DNA from: Eledone cirrhosa
Taxonomy: Eukaryota
Assembly (NCBI GenBank): GCA_964016885.1
Contig: OZ024741.1
Coordinates: 38,688,001-38,752,000 of the forward strand
Length of the DNA stretch: 64,000 nucleotides
Direction: 5' to 3'
How positions within the stretch are numbered: position 1 is the stretch's first letter; each line of letters starts with the position of its first letter. Below, in pieces: positions 1 to 12,210 of the stretch. Position numbers and translations under genes: made by a program. Under the pieces are notes generated by a model. It ran no database searches. It was not told the DNA's origin and worked only from the letters and a program-made list of their open reading frames with translations.

Positions 1-77
1 TTCATATACCAAGAAGAATCAATATCTCTAGATTTGACGTTACACACACGCACACACACACATACACACACATACAC

Positions 78-129
<52 letters not shown>

Positions 130-333
130 CCGGGTCCGGGAATCGAAATCACAACCTCACGATTGCGAATGCAATCACCCAACGCACCAGATGACACGTT
201 TTGTCCTTCAGCAAGACACTTTATTCCACGTTGCTCCTACTACCGACAGATAGACAGATAGCATTAACAATTAGAAAGACCAATAGATACATTGTATTCC
301 CGGTACCATTTGACGAGCTCCACCACTCGTAAC

Positions 334-582
334 GATTGGTTACGCCTTCATTACGTTTATTGCTTGGTGACGCGCGTTTCGCCACTGATCAGCTCAAGGT
401 TCGATCTGTATCGATCTGACCCGACTCTGTAATCCGCGGTTTTTTTTCCATTAACATTACAAGGAGTCTGACGAGCCGCGGATTACAGAGTCGGGTCTGA
501 TCAAATATAGATCGAACCTTGAGCTGATCAGTGGCGAAACGCGCGTCACCAACCAATAAACGTAATGAAAGAGTAACCAATC
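334..582. repeat. Inverted repeat (~106-bp arms, 36-bp spacer), probable PLE pseudo-LTR remnant
   Basis: 334-439 is a near-exact reverse complement of 476-582. The right side carries a hammerhead-like core. Confidence 0.85.
461..550 (+). ncRNA. Minimal hammerhead ribozyme motif (PLE type, palindromic helix III)
   Basis: CTGACGA (468-474), helix II GCCGC/GTGGC, GAAA (536-539), C-GCGC-G, TC. Helix I is weak. Confidence 0.65.
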
Positions 583-638
583 ATCCTTGTTATCTTATTT
601 CACTATATATATATATATATATAGTTTTAATATAGATG

Positions 639-689
639 AGATTCTACAGGACTAGAACTGTTTCATTCTTTAGAAATCATCAGGAATCT
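639..689 (-). ncRNA. Type I hammerhead ribozyme (inverted copy)
   Basis: Exact reverse complement of 1358-1408. Confidence 0.75.
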
Positions 690-1129
690 GGCTTTCCAAA
701 ATAAATGTTATGGTATTTATATCTTTTTAGGTGGTAGGAGAGGGCGGGGAGTGGGGTCGGTGGACGTCATTGGTTGAAAGAAAAGGGAATTCATTAAAAG
801 CTAATACTTAAAGGCTATAATGTATATTTAGAGTGACAAAGGCAGAGAGAATTCTATAAACAAGTTCAGAATCAGGTGCCACTCCTTATTTTTAAGTTTC
901 TCTTAAGCTAACAATGCCTATATTTCAGGTGTCTATAAGATGGTTGGGGGGTCGGTCATGGTTGATGGATTTAAAGAAAAGGGAAATTCTTTAAAAGCTA
1001 ATTCTTTTAAGCTCTACTGAGAGTGACAGAGGCCAAGAGAATTCTATAAACCAGTTCAAAATATTGGGTACCTATCATATTATTGTCATGTTTCTCTTAA
1101 GCTATATTCCAGGTGTCAACAGACACATT

Positions 1130-1184
<55 letters not shown>

Positions 1185-1357
1185 TGTTAGCTTAAGAGAA
1201 ACTTAAAAATAAGGAATGGCACCCCAATCTGAACTTGTTTATAGAATTCTTTCTGCCTTTGTCACTCTAAATATAAATTATAGCCTTAAAGAATTAAGTT
1301 TTAATGAAATCCGTTTCTTTCAACCAATGACCTCCACAACATTTATTTTGGAAAGCC

Positions 1358-1408
1358 AGATTCCTGATGATTTCTAAAGAATGAAACAGTTCTAGTCCTG
1401 TAGAATCT
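1358..1408 (+). ncRNA. Type I hammerhead ribozyme
   Basis: AGATTC-CTGATGA-t TTC taaa GAA t-GAAA-CAG ttctagtc CTG-TA-GAATCT: 6-bp helix I, 3-bp helices II and III, GUA cleavage triplet. Confidence 0.78.
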
Positions 1409-1506
1409 CATCTATATTAAAACTGTTATACTCTGCTATGTATTGAGTACCTTACTTACTGTGGTTACCTCCGATTCAACCCGGAATAACTTACCTATAT
1501 ATATAT

Positions 1507-1753
1507 AGAAAAAAAGATGAAATCGAAAATGCAACTGGAGTCTTATTTTAAAAAATATATATATTTATTTGGTTCCTTTACCGGTTTCGCAGTTCTTCTG
1601 CTTTTCAAAAGTAGAGTTGAGATGGAGGGTCTGTGGTTTTTCAACTCTACTTTTGAAAAGCAGAAGAACTGCGAAACCGGTAAAGGCACCAAATAAATAT
1701 ATATATTTTTTAAAATAAGACTCCAGTTGCATTTTCGATTTCATCTTTTTTTC
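1507..1753. repeat. Near-perfect inverted repeat (~113-bp arms, 20-bp spacer) with a variant hammerhead in each arm
   Basis: 1507-1620 vs 1641-1753 reverse-complementary. CTT-TTGAAAA-GCAG aagaa CTGC-GAAA-CCGG-TA-AAG at 1650-1685 (+) and 1576-1611 (-). Confidence 0.85.
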
Positions 1754-1814
1754 TTTATACTTTCACTCGTGTAGGACACCTCGGTTATTTTTCATTTTGT
1801 TAAAAGATCCTCAC

Positions 1815-1875
<61 letters not shown>

Positions 1876-2141
1876 GAGATATCCACGGTAAGTTGTGGGG
1901 TCCAGTCTGTATGAAGAACTCAATGTAATCCTTATGTTGAAAATGTTGTAGGTTAAAATAAATCCCGGAAAACAATAAAACATTAAAAGGAAAACAGAGT
2001 CATGATATAAGTTAAAACAATTTGAATTTTTATTTCATTGTTTTAACTTATATATATATATATAACGAAGGAAATGTGGCAAGGAACCAGGTGGACCATA
2101 ACGCACCAAAGTACTCAATACTTAGGGTAGTAGAGTGGGTA

Positions 2142-2263
2142 ATAGGAACGAGTAGGACCCCGACGGCTGAGCTCAAGCCGTTTCGACGGCTAATTCTGGA
2201 CTCGTCCAGAATTAGCCGTCGAAACGGCTTGAGCTCAGCCGTCGGGGTCCTACTCGTTCCTAT
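2142..2263. repeat. Perfect palindrome (59-bp arms, 4-nt loop CTCG)
   Basis: 2142-2200 is the reverse complement of 2205-2263. Contains GAAA-CGGCT..AGCCG-TC (3' half of a hammerhead). Abuts (TA)n. Confidence 0.9.
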
Positions 2264-2273
2264 ATATATATAA

Positions 2274-2338
<65 letters not shown>

Positions 2339-2907
2339 GTGGGGAGTGTGAAGTACTGCATGAGAGTTCAAGAAAAACAAGCACAAAGTCAATGAAACGG
2401 AACAAACCAGAGACAAACATCAGAACGTTCCCTTATCAGCTGCCAAGTGTGAATTCATGACGATTTTGACATATAAACAGCAGGATCGATACCATTTTCA
2501 AGTAGTGTCTGTAGTTATTATAAACACTATAGCTACTCTGGGATTGTTGCCATCAAGACGAAACAAGAATAAAACTAAAACAGAATGTACGAACAATGTA
2601 TATAAAATATATATATGACAAATACAGGAGTATTACGACTGTGAAAAACAATACATATATACTGTAAACATGAAAACCGACATCTTCCGACTAGACAATA
2701 ACAGGTAGTGCTTTAATATAACGGAGGAGAATATATGTACGTATTTGTGTGCATATGACTGTGTGACAATGTGTGAGCATTGTTTGTGTATATGTCCATA
2801 TTTTGTTTGGTTTGTTACAATGGCGTGGACCCTTCCCTCTTACTATTATTACTGTTTCTGTTGTTAGTGTTGATATTGCGTTTATATTTGTTGTTTTATT
2901 ACTGTTG

Positions 2908-3230
2908 GAGGACGCAACATGATTTAATGGTTAAGAAGTTTGTTTCCTTTTGTGCTCGAATCCACAGACCGGCATCTTGGATAAATGTCGTTTACCATGG
3001 TGTTGCGCCGTTTTGTGAGTGGAATTGGGTAGACGGAAACCGTGTAAAAATCTGTTGGATGGATTGTACCTGTAATTCAAAGCATCAGCTCTGTCATACG
3101 TTGTCATTCTGAATCTCTCTGAAAATTCCGCTGAGGTTACACATGTTTGTGGAATACACAAGCACTTGCATGTTGAATTTACAATCAAGTTGTCCATTTG
3201 ATCGAACTTCTGAAACATTTCATTCCGGCT
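2908..3230 (+). mobile_element. Degenerate SINE (cephalopod-type)
   Basis: tRNA-like head 'atggttaagaagtttg' and body 'ttgtgagtggaattgggtagacggaaac'. A homologous copy lies on the minus strand at ~21945-22515. Confidence 0.55.
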
Positions 3231-3339
3231 ATTGTTGTTGTCAAGGCTGGTCTAGCAGACATGAGCAACATCAATCAAATCATTTGTCTATTATATAGGG
3301 GAGCAACAAACACAGTACCCAACCTGCTTTGAGCAAGCA

Positions 3340-3582
3340 CCTGTAAATTGGAGGAGGGTAACTGAGAGATGGCATTTGCCCTACCACGGCTTTTTGTGGG
3401 TTTTCTCCTTGAGTGATCCCACTTTTGGGGAAATTGTTATGTTTGATATTTTAAATGTATATCTTTTAGTCTTTGTTATAAACCTTTCTTTCACTCAAAA
3501 ATCTAACACTGTACCAACCTATACCGTTGTATTGTCCTCGTAATGTAAGCCCTGTATAGGTAATATAGAAAACATTATTGTT
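3340..3582 (+). mobile_element. 3' UTR of a Tx1-like LINE, directly upstream of another copy
   Basis: End 'gtattgtcctcgtaatgtaagccctgtatagggtaat..attattgttg' parallels the 3' end of the next copy at 5162-5240. Confidence 0.5.
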
Positions 3583-5220
3583 GTGTCGGCTTATGCGGAC
3601 GACATCACCGTGATGGTGTCGGACACCTCGGAAATCGAGCTGGTCGGCAGCTTATTGGAGGAATATGAAAGGTTGACGAGAACAAAACTTAACCCGGAAA
3701 AGTCGGAAGGCTTGCAACTCGGCACCTGGAGAGTCAAGTCCCTACCACCCAACAGCGTCATTGGACGCTGGACGGACGGACCAGCAAAGTTGCTCGGGGT
3801 TTGGTTCGAGCCAGACCTCCAGGTGGATAAGACTTGTGACGAGGTGACGGGCAGGGTAGCCAGTCTCACCCAGAAATGGGCTGCGAGGAAGCTATCACTG
3901 GAAGGTCGGTTGGAGATGGCGAACGCGTACATAACGTCCGTCATCTACCACCGCCTGACTGTCGTCCCTTGCCCCCGTCCCCGCCTCGCCAACTTGGAAC
4001 GGCTCTTCTTCAAATTTTTGTGGAGGGACTGGTTCCGTTGGTGAGACGGTCCCTCTGCTGCTAGCACTCTCTACGTGGCGGGCTGGGCATGCCTTGGCTA
4101 ATGATGCGCAAACATGCGCTGAGGCTGCGGCATCTCCAGATATTCTGCCTAAACGGTCAACAGGTGTGGTCGCCGTTTATCAGACGAGCCTTTCCGCAGC
4201 TCGTCTCTTTGACTGAGCTGCAGTCGTGTGTCAAGAAGAGACCGAGACTGTGTGACTGGCATCTGGAATATTGCCAGGCACTCACTGCCCTCTACCAGGC
4301 GGGCAATGTGGTCAGTGAAACTTCCACTCTCGAGTTCGATAGAGGGTTAGTGGTGGGAAAGTGCGACATCGCACTCGGAGAGGCTCTGGACGTCGATGAA
4401 GTCGAACTAAACAATCTGTTCCGGATGACTTACGAGCCGGGTACGATGGATAACTTCCAAAAATCCCTCGCTTCGCAGTGCTACCGGAGAGGGGGGGGCA
4501 CTACCGGTTCGAGATAAACTCTACAGGTACTGAAGAGCTCGCAAACCAACCTGCCTGAGATGCGCGCCAAACGACGAAACCGTTCTGCACGCTCTCATCC
4601 AATGTCGGTGCATTACTGACTTGTGGAGTTATGTCGAACAGCTGTTGTCGTGATAGAAAGGATCCGGCTATTAGCCAAGTCCATAGTGTAGATCGACCCG
4701 CTGCCTTCTTTTGGCCAGGAAGGGCAAGCAATTTTCCTCTGTCTGGTGACAGTAGTGAATGAGGTTGTATGGTGGACCAGGTTGAAAGGACTGAAGACAG
4801 ACACTTTTCTCTTCGGCCAATTCCTTATAATCTTTTTCAAATTTCATTTGGAAAAGCAGGTGAGGGTGGAGAGAGAAGTGCTGCCCCCCCCCCCCAGTAT
4901 ATTTGCTGAAAGGTCGGTGAATGTGGCTAGAATAACCCGTGTGAGTAGGCCTACTTTGAACATGCGCCTGTAGAGTGTAGTGCCCTTCCAGGATGCCCTC
5001 GAAGTGTCAGGTGGTCAGGATTGGTGAGGTACCTAAATCAACCCTGGGTGGTTATCCCCCTATTGGGGAATTTTCATTGTTGTATTTTTCTTGTTTATTG
5101 TTATTGTTTTCCTATTTTTTTTACTCGATTTTTATGTAAAATTTCCACTGTCCCCGTCTAGTGTATTGTCTCCTCTATGTCGGCCCTTGTGGCCAATAAA
5201 TAAAACCAATAAATAGAACA
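3583..5220 (+). mobile_element. 5'-truncated, decayed Tx1-clade LINE (RT C-half, CCHC region, 3' UTR)
   Basis: SAYADDITVMV, GLQLGTWR, KLSLEGR and MPWLMMRKHALRLRHL all match ORF2 of the right-hand array. Stops and frameshifts present. Ends AATAAA then (ATT)n(GTT)n. Confidence 0.9.
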
Positions 5221-5245
5221 ATTATTATTATTGTTGTTGTTGTAG

Positions 5246-5440
5246 GGCGGTGAATTGGCAGTATCGGTAGAGGGTCGGACGCCATGCTTTGACGCATAGA
5301 GTTACGGCCTTTGCCATTCTGAGTTCAAATCCCGCCGAGGTTAACTTTGCTTTTCATCCTTACGGGGTCGATAAAATAAAGTACCAGTAATACACTGGGT
5401 AATTGCTGGCCTTGTTCCAAAAGTAGAAACGATTATTATT
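5246..5440 (+). mobile_element. tRNA-derived SINE (Octopus-type, 'tttcatccttacggggtcgataaaataaagtaccag' core)
   Basis: A-box-like 'tggcagtatcgg', B box 'gagttcaaatccc'. Further copies at 22146, 23665 and 24130. Confidence 0.8.
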
Positions 5441-5454
5441 GTCAGAGAGGAGTT

Positions 5455-5580
5455 GCGTATGTGTAAGTTTGTCTGTGAATATTAGTGGAACAGCGTGTAT
5501 GTATGTATGTGTGTGTTTGTGTATTTGTGTGTGTGAATACATATTTGCGTAATATTTAAATGTGGGCGTATCCATGTATA

Positions 5581-5614
<34 letters not shown>

Positions 5615-6283
5615 CGTGAGAATATGTATGTGTGTGTCTGGGTGTATATGAGGGGTGTGCACGGGTGCAAAATGTTGTACATGTGTGTATATAAATATGT
5701 GAGAATGTATATGTGAATATGTGTGTGTTTTGGTGCATATTTGTTTATATACACACACAGACACACACACACTCACACACAAACACACACACACGCGCAC
5801 ATACGCGCACACACACATACACACACATATTTATTTATTTATATGTCTGTGCATGTGTGTGTGTGTGCGTGTGTGTGTGTGTGTGAGGGGGGGGGGGGGG
5901 GTATGTGTGTGTGATATGCTGTTTAAGGAGGTGTGAGGTGTGAGATGGCTGACATTTCACAGAGAGATTGTCATGACTGAGCGGCATGAAGAGAACGTGA
6001 TGGCTAGGTCAAAAACAAGGGAATTAATTCTGGTTGGCTTCCACGAAGAGAATTTAAAAAGAGGGAAAATAAAATAAAAAAAATGAAATGAAATGAAATA
6101 AAGAAAAATAAAATACACACGCATACACACACACTTACACACACAAACACACTTACACACACACACACAAACACACACAAACACACATACACACACAAAC
6201 ACACACACACACACACACACAAACACACACTTACACACATACACAAAAACACACACTTACACACACACACACACAAACACACA

Positions 6284-6319
<36 letters not shown>

Positions 6320-6879
6320 CAAAGACACAGTTACGCACACACACACAAATGAACAAACAATAAAATATATTGTAATAAAAGTTAATTGAAAAGGAAAACA
6401 AAACCTGTTGCATAGAGGGGGGGGGGAGGCGAGAGGAAGAGAAAAAGAGAGAGAAAGAGAGAAACAGCGAGGAAAGAGGAGAAGAGAAAAGAGTCAAGAC
6501 GAAGGGGGAAAACGGAAAAAAATTAATTTTCTAAAGATTTTCCTAATCATAAACACATCTAAACACACACATACATACACACATACATACACATACAGTG
6601 ACACACAAACACACACATACATATGTACATACAAATACACTCCCAACTCACATACACTCACATAAAGCCACGCACATACACAAAGCCACACACACACACA
6701 CAAAACCACTTTTACACATATAAACACACACACGCTCGCACACACATAAATACTTGCACAAACACAAACACTTGCAGACACCATTCTTTTTCAAACTATG
6801 AGGCGTGATTTCATATACCAAACAATTATCTTTCTCATTTAAAACATCTCCGTCTTTTTATATATATATATACATCTAC

Positions 6880-6928
<49 letters not shown>

Positions 6929-6955
6929 CACACACAGTCACACACACTCTCTCTC
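5455..6955. repeat. Compound (GT)n/(CA)n/(GA)n low-complexity region
   Basis: Alternating degenerate GT and CA tracts. Overlapping ORFs are compositional artefacts. Confidence 0.9.
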
Positions 6956-7308
6956 TGGAAGCTTCCATGGAAGTGTTTGCCTGTGACATATGAACTCCTT
7001 CATATAATTGTCTTAAGGTCTGATGAAGTAACACAAGTGCCAGTTACTGTTGTAATGATTGCATCACAGCTGTACACTGCTTTCACTGAAATACGTATTG
7101 TGCAATAAATACAATTATGTAACATCTGTTTTAACGTTAATTCATACATAGAAACTCCGTCGCATATCATCACCAACGAAATGCTAGACTTATATGACTG
7201 TTGTGGAGTGCTCTTACTGCTTACGCCGGTTTGTCAACGAGATATCTCAAAGCATCTCTTACGGATAAACCACTCAGTAATTAGTAACCACACACAAACA
7301 TACACGCA

Positions 7309-7367
<59 letters not shown>

Positions 7368-7704
7368 ACATGGCATGTTGCGTGGTTGCAAATGGGTTAC
7401 ATATGAATAAATTTATTCCTTCATCAGTGATCTGCCAACCTTCATTGGTATTTCATTGCTTTAAAGACCATATACCTCCGGTTGGTGCGAGCAATGGCTA
7501 AAGAAAGTCGTTGGGACACGTAAATAAGGGGAACGCGCGAGACTGTAAACAATCAAAGATGGCAATGCAACGAAAAGTGAGGAAGAAGGAGTCAAGTCCC
7601 TGAAATCGATATGTATGTATGTAAAACGTAAACAGAAATAACACAATCGGTAAGTATATAGAAGGAATATATTAGGTTAACGCTTGAAATAGCAGGAAGA
7701 GGGT

Positions 7705-7740
7705 AATAACGTTTCGGACGCTAGTCCTTCATTAGAAGAA
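7705..7740 (-). ncRNA. Degenerate PLE-type hammerhead motif
   Basis: Minus strand reads CTAATGA-A-GGAC tagc GTCC-GAAA-CGTTA. The G5 position is mutated to A. Adjacent to (TA)n. Confidence 0.45.
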
Positions 7741-7818
7741 AGAATGAAGAATAAGATAGATTGAAGGGACGGGCGGGTTGGAATATATATATAATGATTA
7801 TATATACACCCCTCCCGC

Positions 7819-7941
<123 letters not shown>

Positions 7942-8175
7942 AAAGATATCGATCGAAATAAAATAATATTATATCGATCGGGTTGTATCTCAAAAGCTCA
8001 ACGCAAATTATATGCGAAAATGTCATAAATTCAGAGCATACACACAGGATAAAGTTACGGACAACCATAGTTATATTTTATGATAATTGTGACCAGGTAT
8101 TAAAAGTAAGCAAAACGGACATTTAAATGATCGACGTAATTTTTACTTATATTACCATAAGAAAATACCTATGCA

Positions 8176-8345
8176 GTTGCTCCAGTATACTCTGCTGAAA
8201 ATGAGTACCAGCAATAGCTGCGTGTTTAATCCTGCGATAGACTGGCGTCCTCTCCATGGGGTGTGTTGTATTCTCAGTCGCATTACGCCACGAAACCTGG
8301 ATAAATGTCCCCCGGACGAGCCTCATGGCTTGAGACAGGCTATAC
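8176..8345 (+). mobile_element. MetaSINE-like fragment (3' part)
   Basis: 'cctgcgatagactggcgtcctctccatgggg..ctcagtcgc..gaaacc' matches the full copy at 21107-21391. Confidence 0.65.
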
Positions 8346-9224
8346 CGCGGTTACAAACCAAGGAAAACAATACCATTTATCGTAATTGAAATAATTAGCA
8401 ATCTAAGACAATGGTTATCATCTGTAGGCATGTCGTTGGTGTAACAACGTAATTAGTATCTACTGAGATTTCAAATTGAAAAGTGAACTCACGCGTGTTG
8501 TTAGGGTAGCTAACACCACACACACACACGTGCACACACATATATATATATATATGCATAAGAGGCATATGGAAGCATATACAGCATGTCTATATATAAT
8601 AAACTCACTTAAACTATGATAATGTCATAGTTATTTCAGTAACCGTTTGAGAACCTCAAATACGAGAATTTCAGGATCATTATTCATCTTCAGTAACGTA
8701 TATTCACTCGGCGCTGAGGCAGATAATTTGAAAACTCGTATATATATATTTGCAAATAATAGAATTCCACACAAAATAAGGCGAACAACTATGAAAGCTC
8801 TCTTAACACCAGAATATAAATGAAAAATTAAAACACAGATAGAACGTACTCAAACCACTTATAATAACTTGAGAAGGTTTGCTACATACATGAGGAAAAG
8901 GTTAGGCGCCGTGGTCGGATTTATAACTTCCTTTATATATTGAACGCGGTGAATTGGCGGAGCCGTTAGAACGGTGGATAGAATGATTTGCAGCATTCGT
9001 TTCAGCTCTCTGTTGGTGTCGATTCTACCTCCATATCTCTTTCTTGCATTCAGTCTCTCACTCTCTCCTCTCCCCTAGAAGAAATTTGCTGCATTCAGAC
9101 ACGGTGAAGGATAGGCTTCTCCAGGTTTAAAATGCCCTAGAAAAGCTGCATATAAATATGGTACCCCAACGAACCCCGCAGGAAGTACGGGACCATGCCT
9201 GCATTATATAAGTAATGCGCAAGC

Positions 9225-9692
9225 TTCAGCATTTGGTAATCAAAAGGGAAGTAGGTGTAAAAGCCAAACTTGCTACCCTCAATTCGGTATTCGTGCCAAC
9301 CCTTACCTATGGTCACGAATCTTGGGTAATAACCGAAAAAATATGATCGCAAAAACGAGCGGCTGAATTGGGGTCCTTGCGAAGGGTCTTTGGAGTAACG
9401 TTACTCGATAGAGTGTGTAGCTCGGAGATCAGGTAGAGCCGCTACTTCTCCAAATTGAGAGATCACAGCTCCGGTAATATGGGCATGTGGTTAGAATGTC
9501 TCAAGAAAGAATCGCTGGACAGATTTTAAGGGCAAAACTAACTGACAAGAAACCCAGGGGTAGACCCGGAGCAAGATCGTTGGATAACATTCATGAGCAT
9601 CGCTGGTATCGCTTGGGGATCCAGCTGGATCAATTGGAGACGGTTGCTTCTGACAGGACACTCTTAGGAATAAGCGGGTCACCTCGTCCCTG
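9225..9692 (+). mobile_element. RTE-clade LINE 3' remnant
   Basis: Translations LTYGHESW, LLDRV, GHVVRMSQERIAGQIL, KKPRGRP. A related copy with a (GAA)n tail lies at 23155. Confidence 0.75.
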
Positions 9693-12197
9693 GAATGACA
9701 TCAATTGAACAGAGACAGACGGAGTCCCTGCTGGCTCTAACACACATGCTTTTCATGGAACAAAACGTACTCCTCCCCAAAACAGGCGAGAATATCTTGG
9801 ATCTTTGCTTTATAAATAACGCAGGACTCATCCACAATGTAAAGGTGAAACCAACGATTTTCTCGGATCATAACTAATGATATATGGTCCGACAGAGTCA
9901 GCAGAGACGCAACCATTAAAAAGCACCGGGAATTTATCCAGCCTAAACTTTCACAAGGCTAACTGGAAAAAGATCAAGGAAGAGCTCCCGAAGAAAAACT
10001 GGAGCGACATCATCACAACAAAAGACACCAACACTCATCTTCAACATTTCATGACAACAGTACAAACTATATAACATAAGTTTGGCCCGGAGAAAAAGGC
10101 CAACGGACTCAAAAATCTTATTCCCAGAGACAGGAACATCCTTATGAGACGAAGAACTAAGCTCTCAAACCAGTTAAATGCACAACAGAAAAACAAGAAG
10201 GAACCCTATCTGAAATAGGTACTACTTGAAATTAAAGCTGCACTCAAACTTTCCCATGAGAAGGAGAGGGCAGGGCAGAGAAAGAAGCCAGGGCCACAGA
10301 AAATATTAAAACAAACCCTAAGGCCTTCTTTAAATTTGCAAAAGAAACTGCCTCGGTACACGGCAAGATTGAGCCACTCTTCCATGAAAATGGTTCATTA
10401 ACCGAGGATCTCCAAGGGATAAGTGAAATACTGAATAAACAGTACAAAAGTGTGTTTACACCACCACTGAGGCACATGCAATTTATAAAGCGAGAGGATT
10501 TCTTTGATGCCACAATACTCCACGAAGAAATGGCGACCGTCAACCACAAAGACGTAATGGAGGAAGATGTGATATCCACCATAGAAGAAATTAGAACAAA
10601 CTCAGCTGCTGGACTTGATGGATTCCCAGCAGTCCTCCTAAAAACATATAAGCGTGCCTTAGCAAGACCACTGAAGAGCCTCTTCACAAGTTCTTTGGCT
10701 AGCGGTAAACTACCCAGAGAGTTAAAAGAAGGCACAATATGCCCTATCCATGAAGGAGAAAGCAGAGCGGAGGCCAAAATTTACAGGCCAGTCTCCCTGA
10801 CGCCACATATCAGTAAGAACATGGATCATCAGAAAGAAACTGATCATGTTCCTCGAGGAAAATGACTGCCTAACTAGCACGCAGCATGGCTTTCGCCCCG
10901 GAAGAAGATGCCTTACACAGCTGTTATAACACTATGACTGGGTACTGAAACAACTGCTGGACAGCTCACATGTGGGCGTGATATATCTTCACTTTGCGAA
11001 GGCATTTGACAAGGTCGACCACGGAATGATATGTCACAAACTACACAGAGTCGGTATAACTGGAAAAGTAGGTGAGTGGCTGCATGATTTCTTAAAAGAC
11101 AAAAGCCAGACAGTTTCAGCCAATGGGGCCTTCTCAAAGGACACAGTCTTGCGATCACTACCGTTTTTGGTGGCTCTCTCAGACATGCCTCCTGTAGTAC
11201 ATACAACATTCCTCACTAGCAATGCTGATGAAATAAAGGTAGCACAGGTAATAAAAAAAAAACCGGCTGATGCTGCCCTTTTACAACAAGATATGGATGC
11301 CATATACAATGGGCTGAGAACAACATGCAGTTTAATTCTGGAAAATTTCAATGCCTACAATATCAAACTGCTAAAACAAAGATAGTACAACACAGCATCA
11401 CCGGACCAGGAGGATCGAGATCCCCGTGTCGAAATCGATACGAGACCTGAGGATAGATATGAGCGAGATGTATCTTTTCCTTCAAACAATATGAGGGTGG
11501 CGACAATGTGCAGACAACTCGCTGGCTGGATCTTGAGAACTTTTCCGACAAGAGAACGAGAGACCATGTTGATACTATGGAGGACATACGTCCTAAGCTG
11601 ACTAGACTACTGCTCCCAAATTTGGTCACCCATAGTATCAAACTAACCACGGAGCTTGAGGCAATCCAACTAAGCTATACCAAGAGGATTGCCACGATGA
11701 AGGAGATGGGCTACTGGGAAAGACTAAAAGAATTGAAACTCTACTCTTTGGAACAAAGACGGGAGAGGTACGCAGTGATATACATATGGGAAATCCTAGA
11801 GGGACTAGCACCAAACTTTGGCATTAAGAGCTGGACCAACCCCTGAACAGGACGTCACTGTGTGGTGCCAAAACTCTTTCACATCTAGAATAAGGAGCAC
11901 ATATTGCAATAGACTGGAGTTCAAAGGCCCTCAACTGTTCAACAATCTGCCTAGAAATTTGAGAAATCTGCATGGTGTGGACGTAGATATTTTCAAGAAA
12001 GATCTTGACACCCTGCTATCCAGGATCCTGGAGGAGCCCACAGCACGGTACGAAGGTAACCTAAGGGTAGCAACAACGAACTCCCTCTTACACCAATGGC
12101 CAGCCAGCACAGGCTGGAGATAGAACGTGTAGCAACAAGGGCGGTGCCCCAGCATAGCTTCAGCCGGATGGCTGGAACAGGTAAAAGAGTAAAAGAG
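9693..12197 (+). mobile_element. Decayed CR1-like LINE ORF2 (APE C-terminus, RT, C-terminal domain) with (GTAAAAGA)n tail
   Basis: ILDLCF..SDHN, YRPVSLT, FAKAFDKVDHG, YWERLKELKLYSLEQRRER, GPQLFNNLP. Many stops and frameshifts. Confidence 0.85.
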
Positions 12198-12210
12198 TAT
12201 ATATATATAT

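Larger units (their letters stand above)
622..1430. mobile_element. PLE terminal remnant with tandem and inverted pseudo-LTR segments around a (CA)n(TA)n tract
   Basis: ~622-708 inverted at ~1338-1425; ~765-915 inverted at ~1182-1333; ~750-930 duplicated divergently at ~945-1115. Both arms carry a hammerhead. Confidence 0.65.

Noticed and set aside
2931-3345. Possible host exon (95-aa ORF, AG acceptor near 3341 on the minus strand)
   Set aside because: It overlaps a SINE homologous to 21945-22515, and all frames after the acceptor hit stops.
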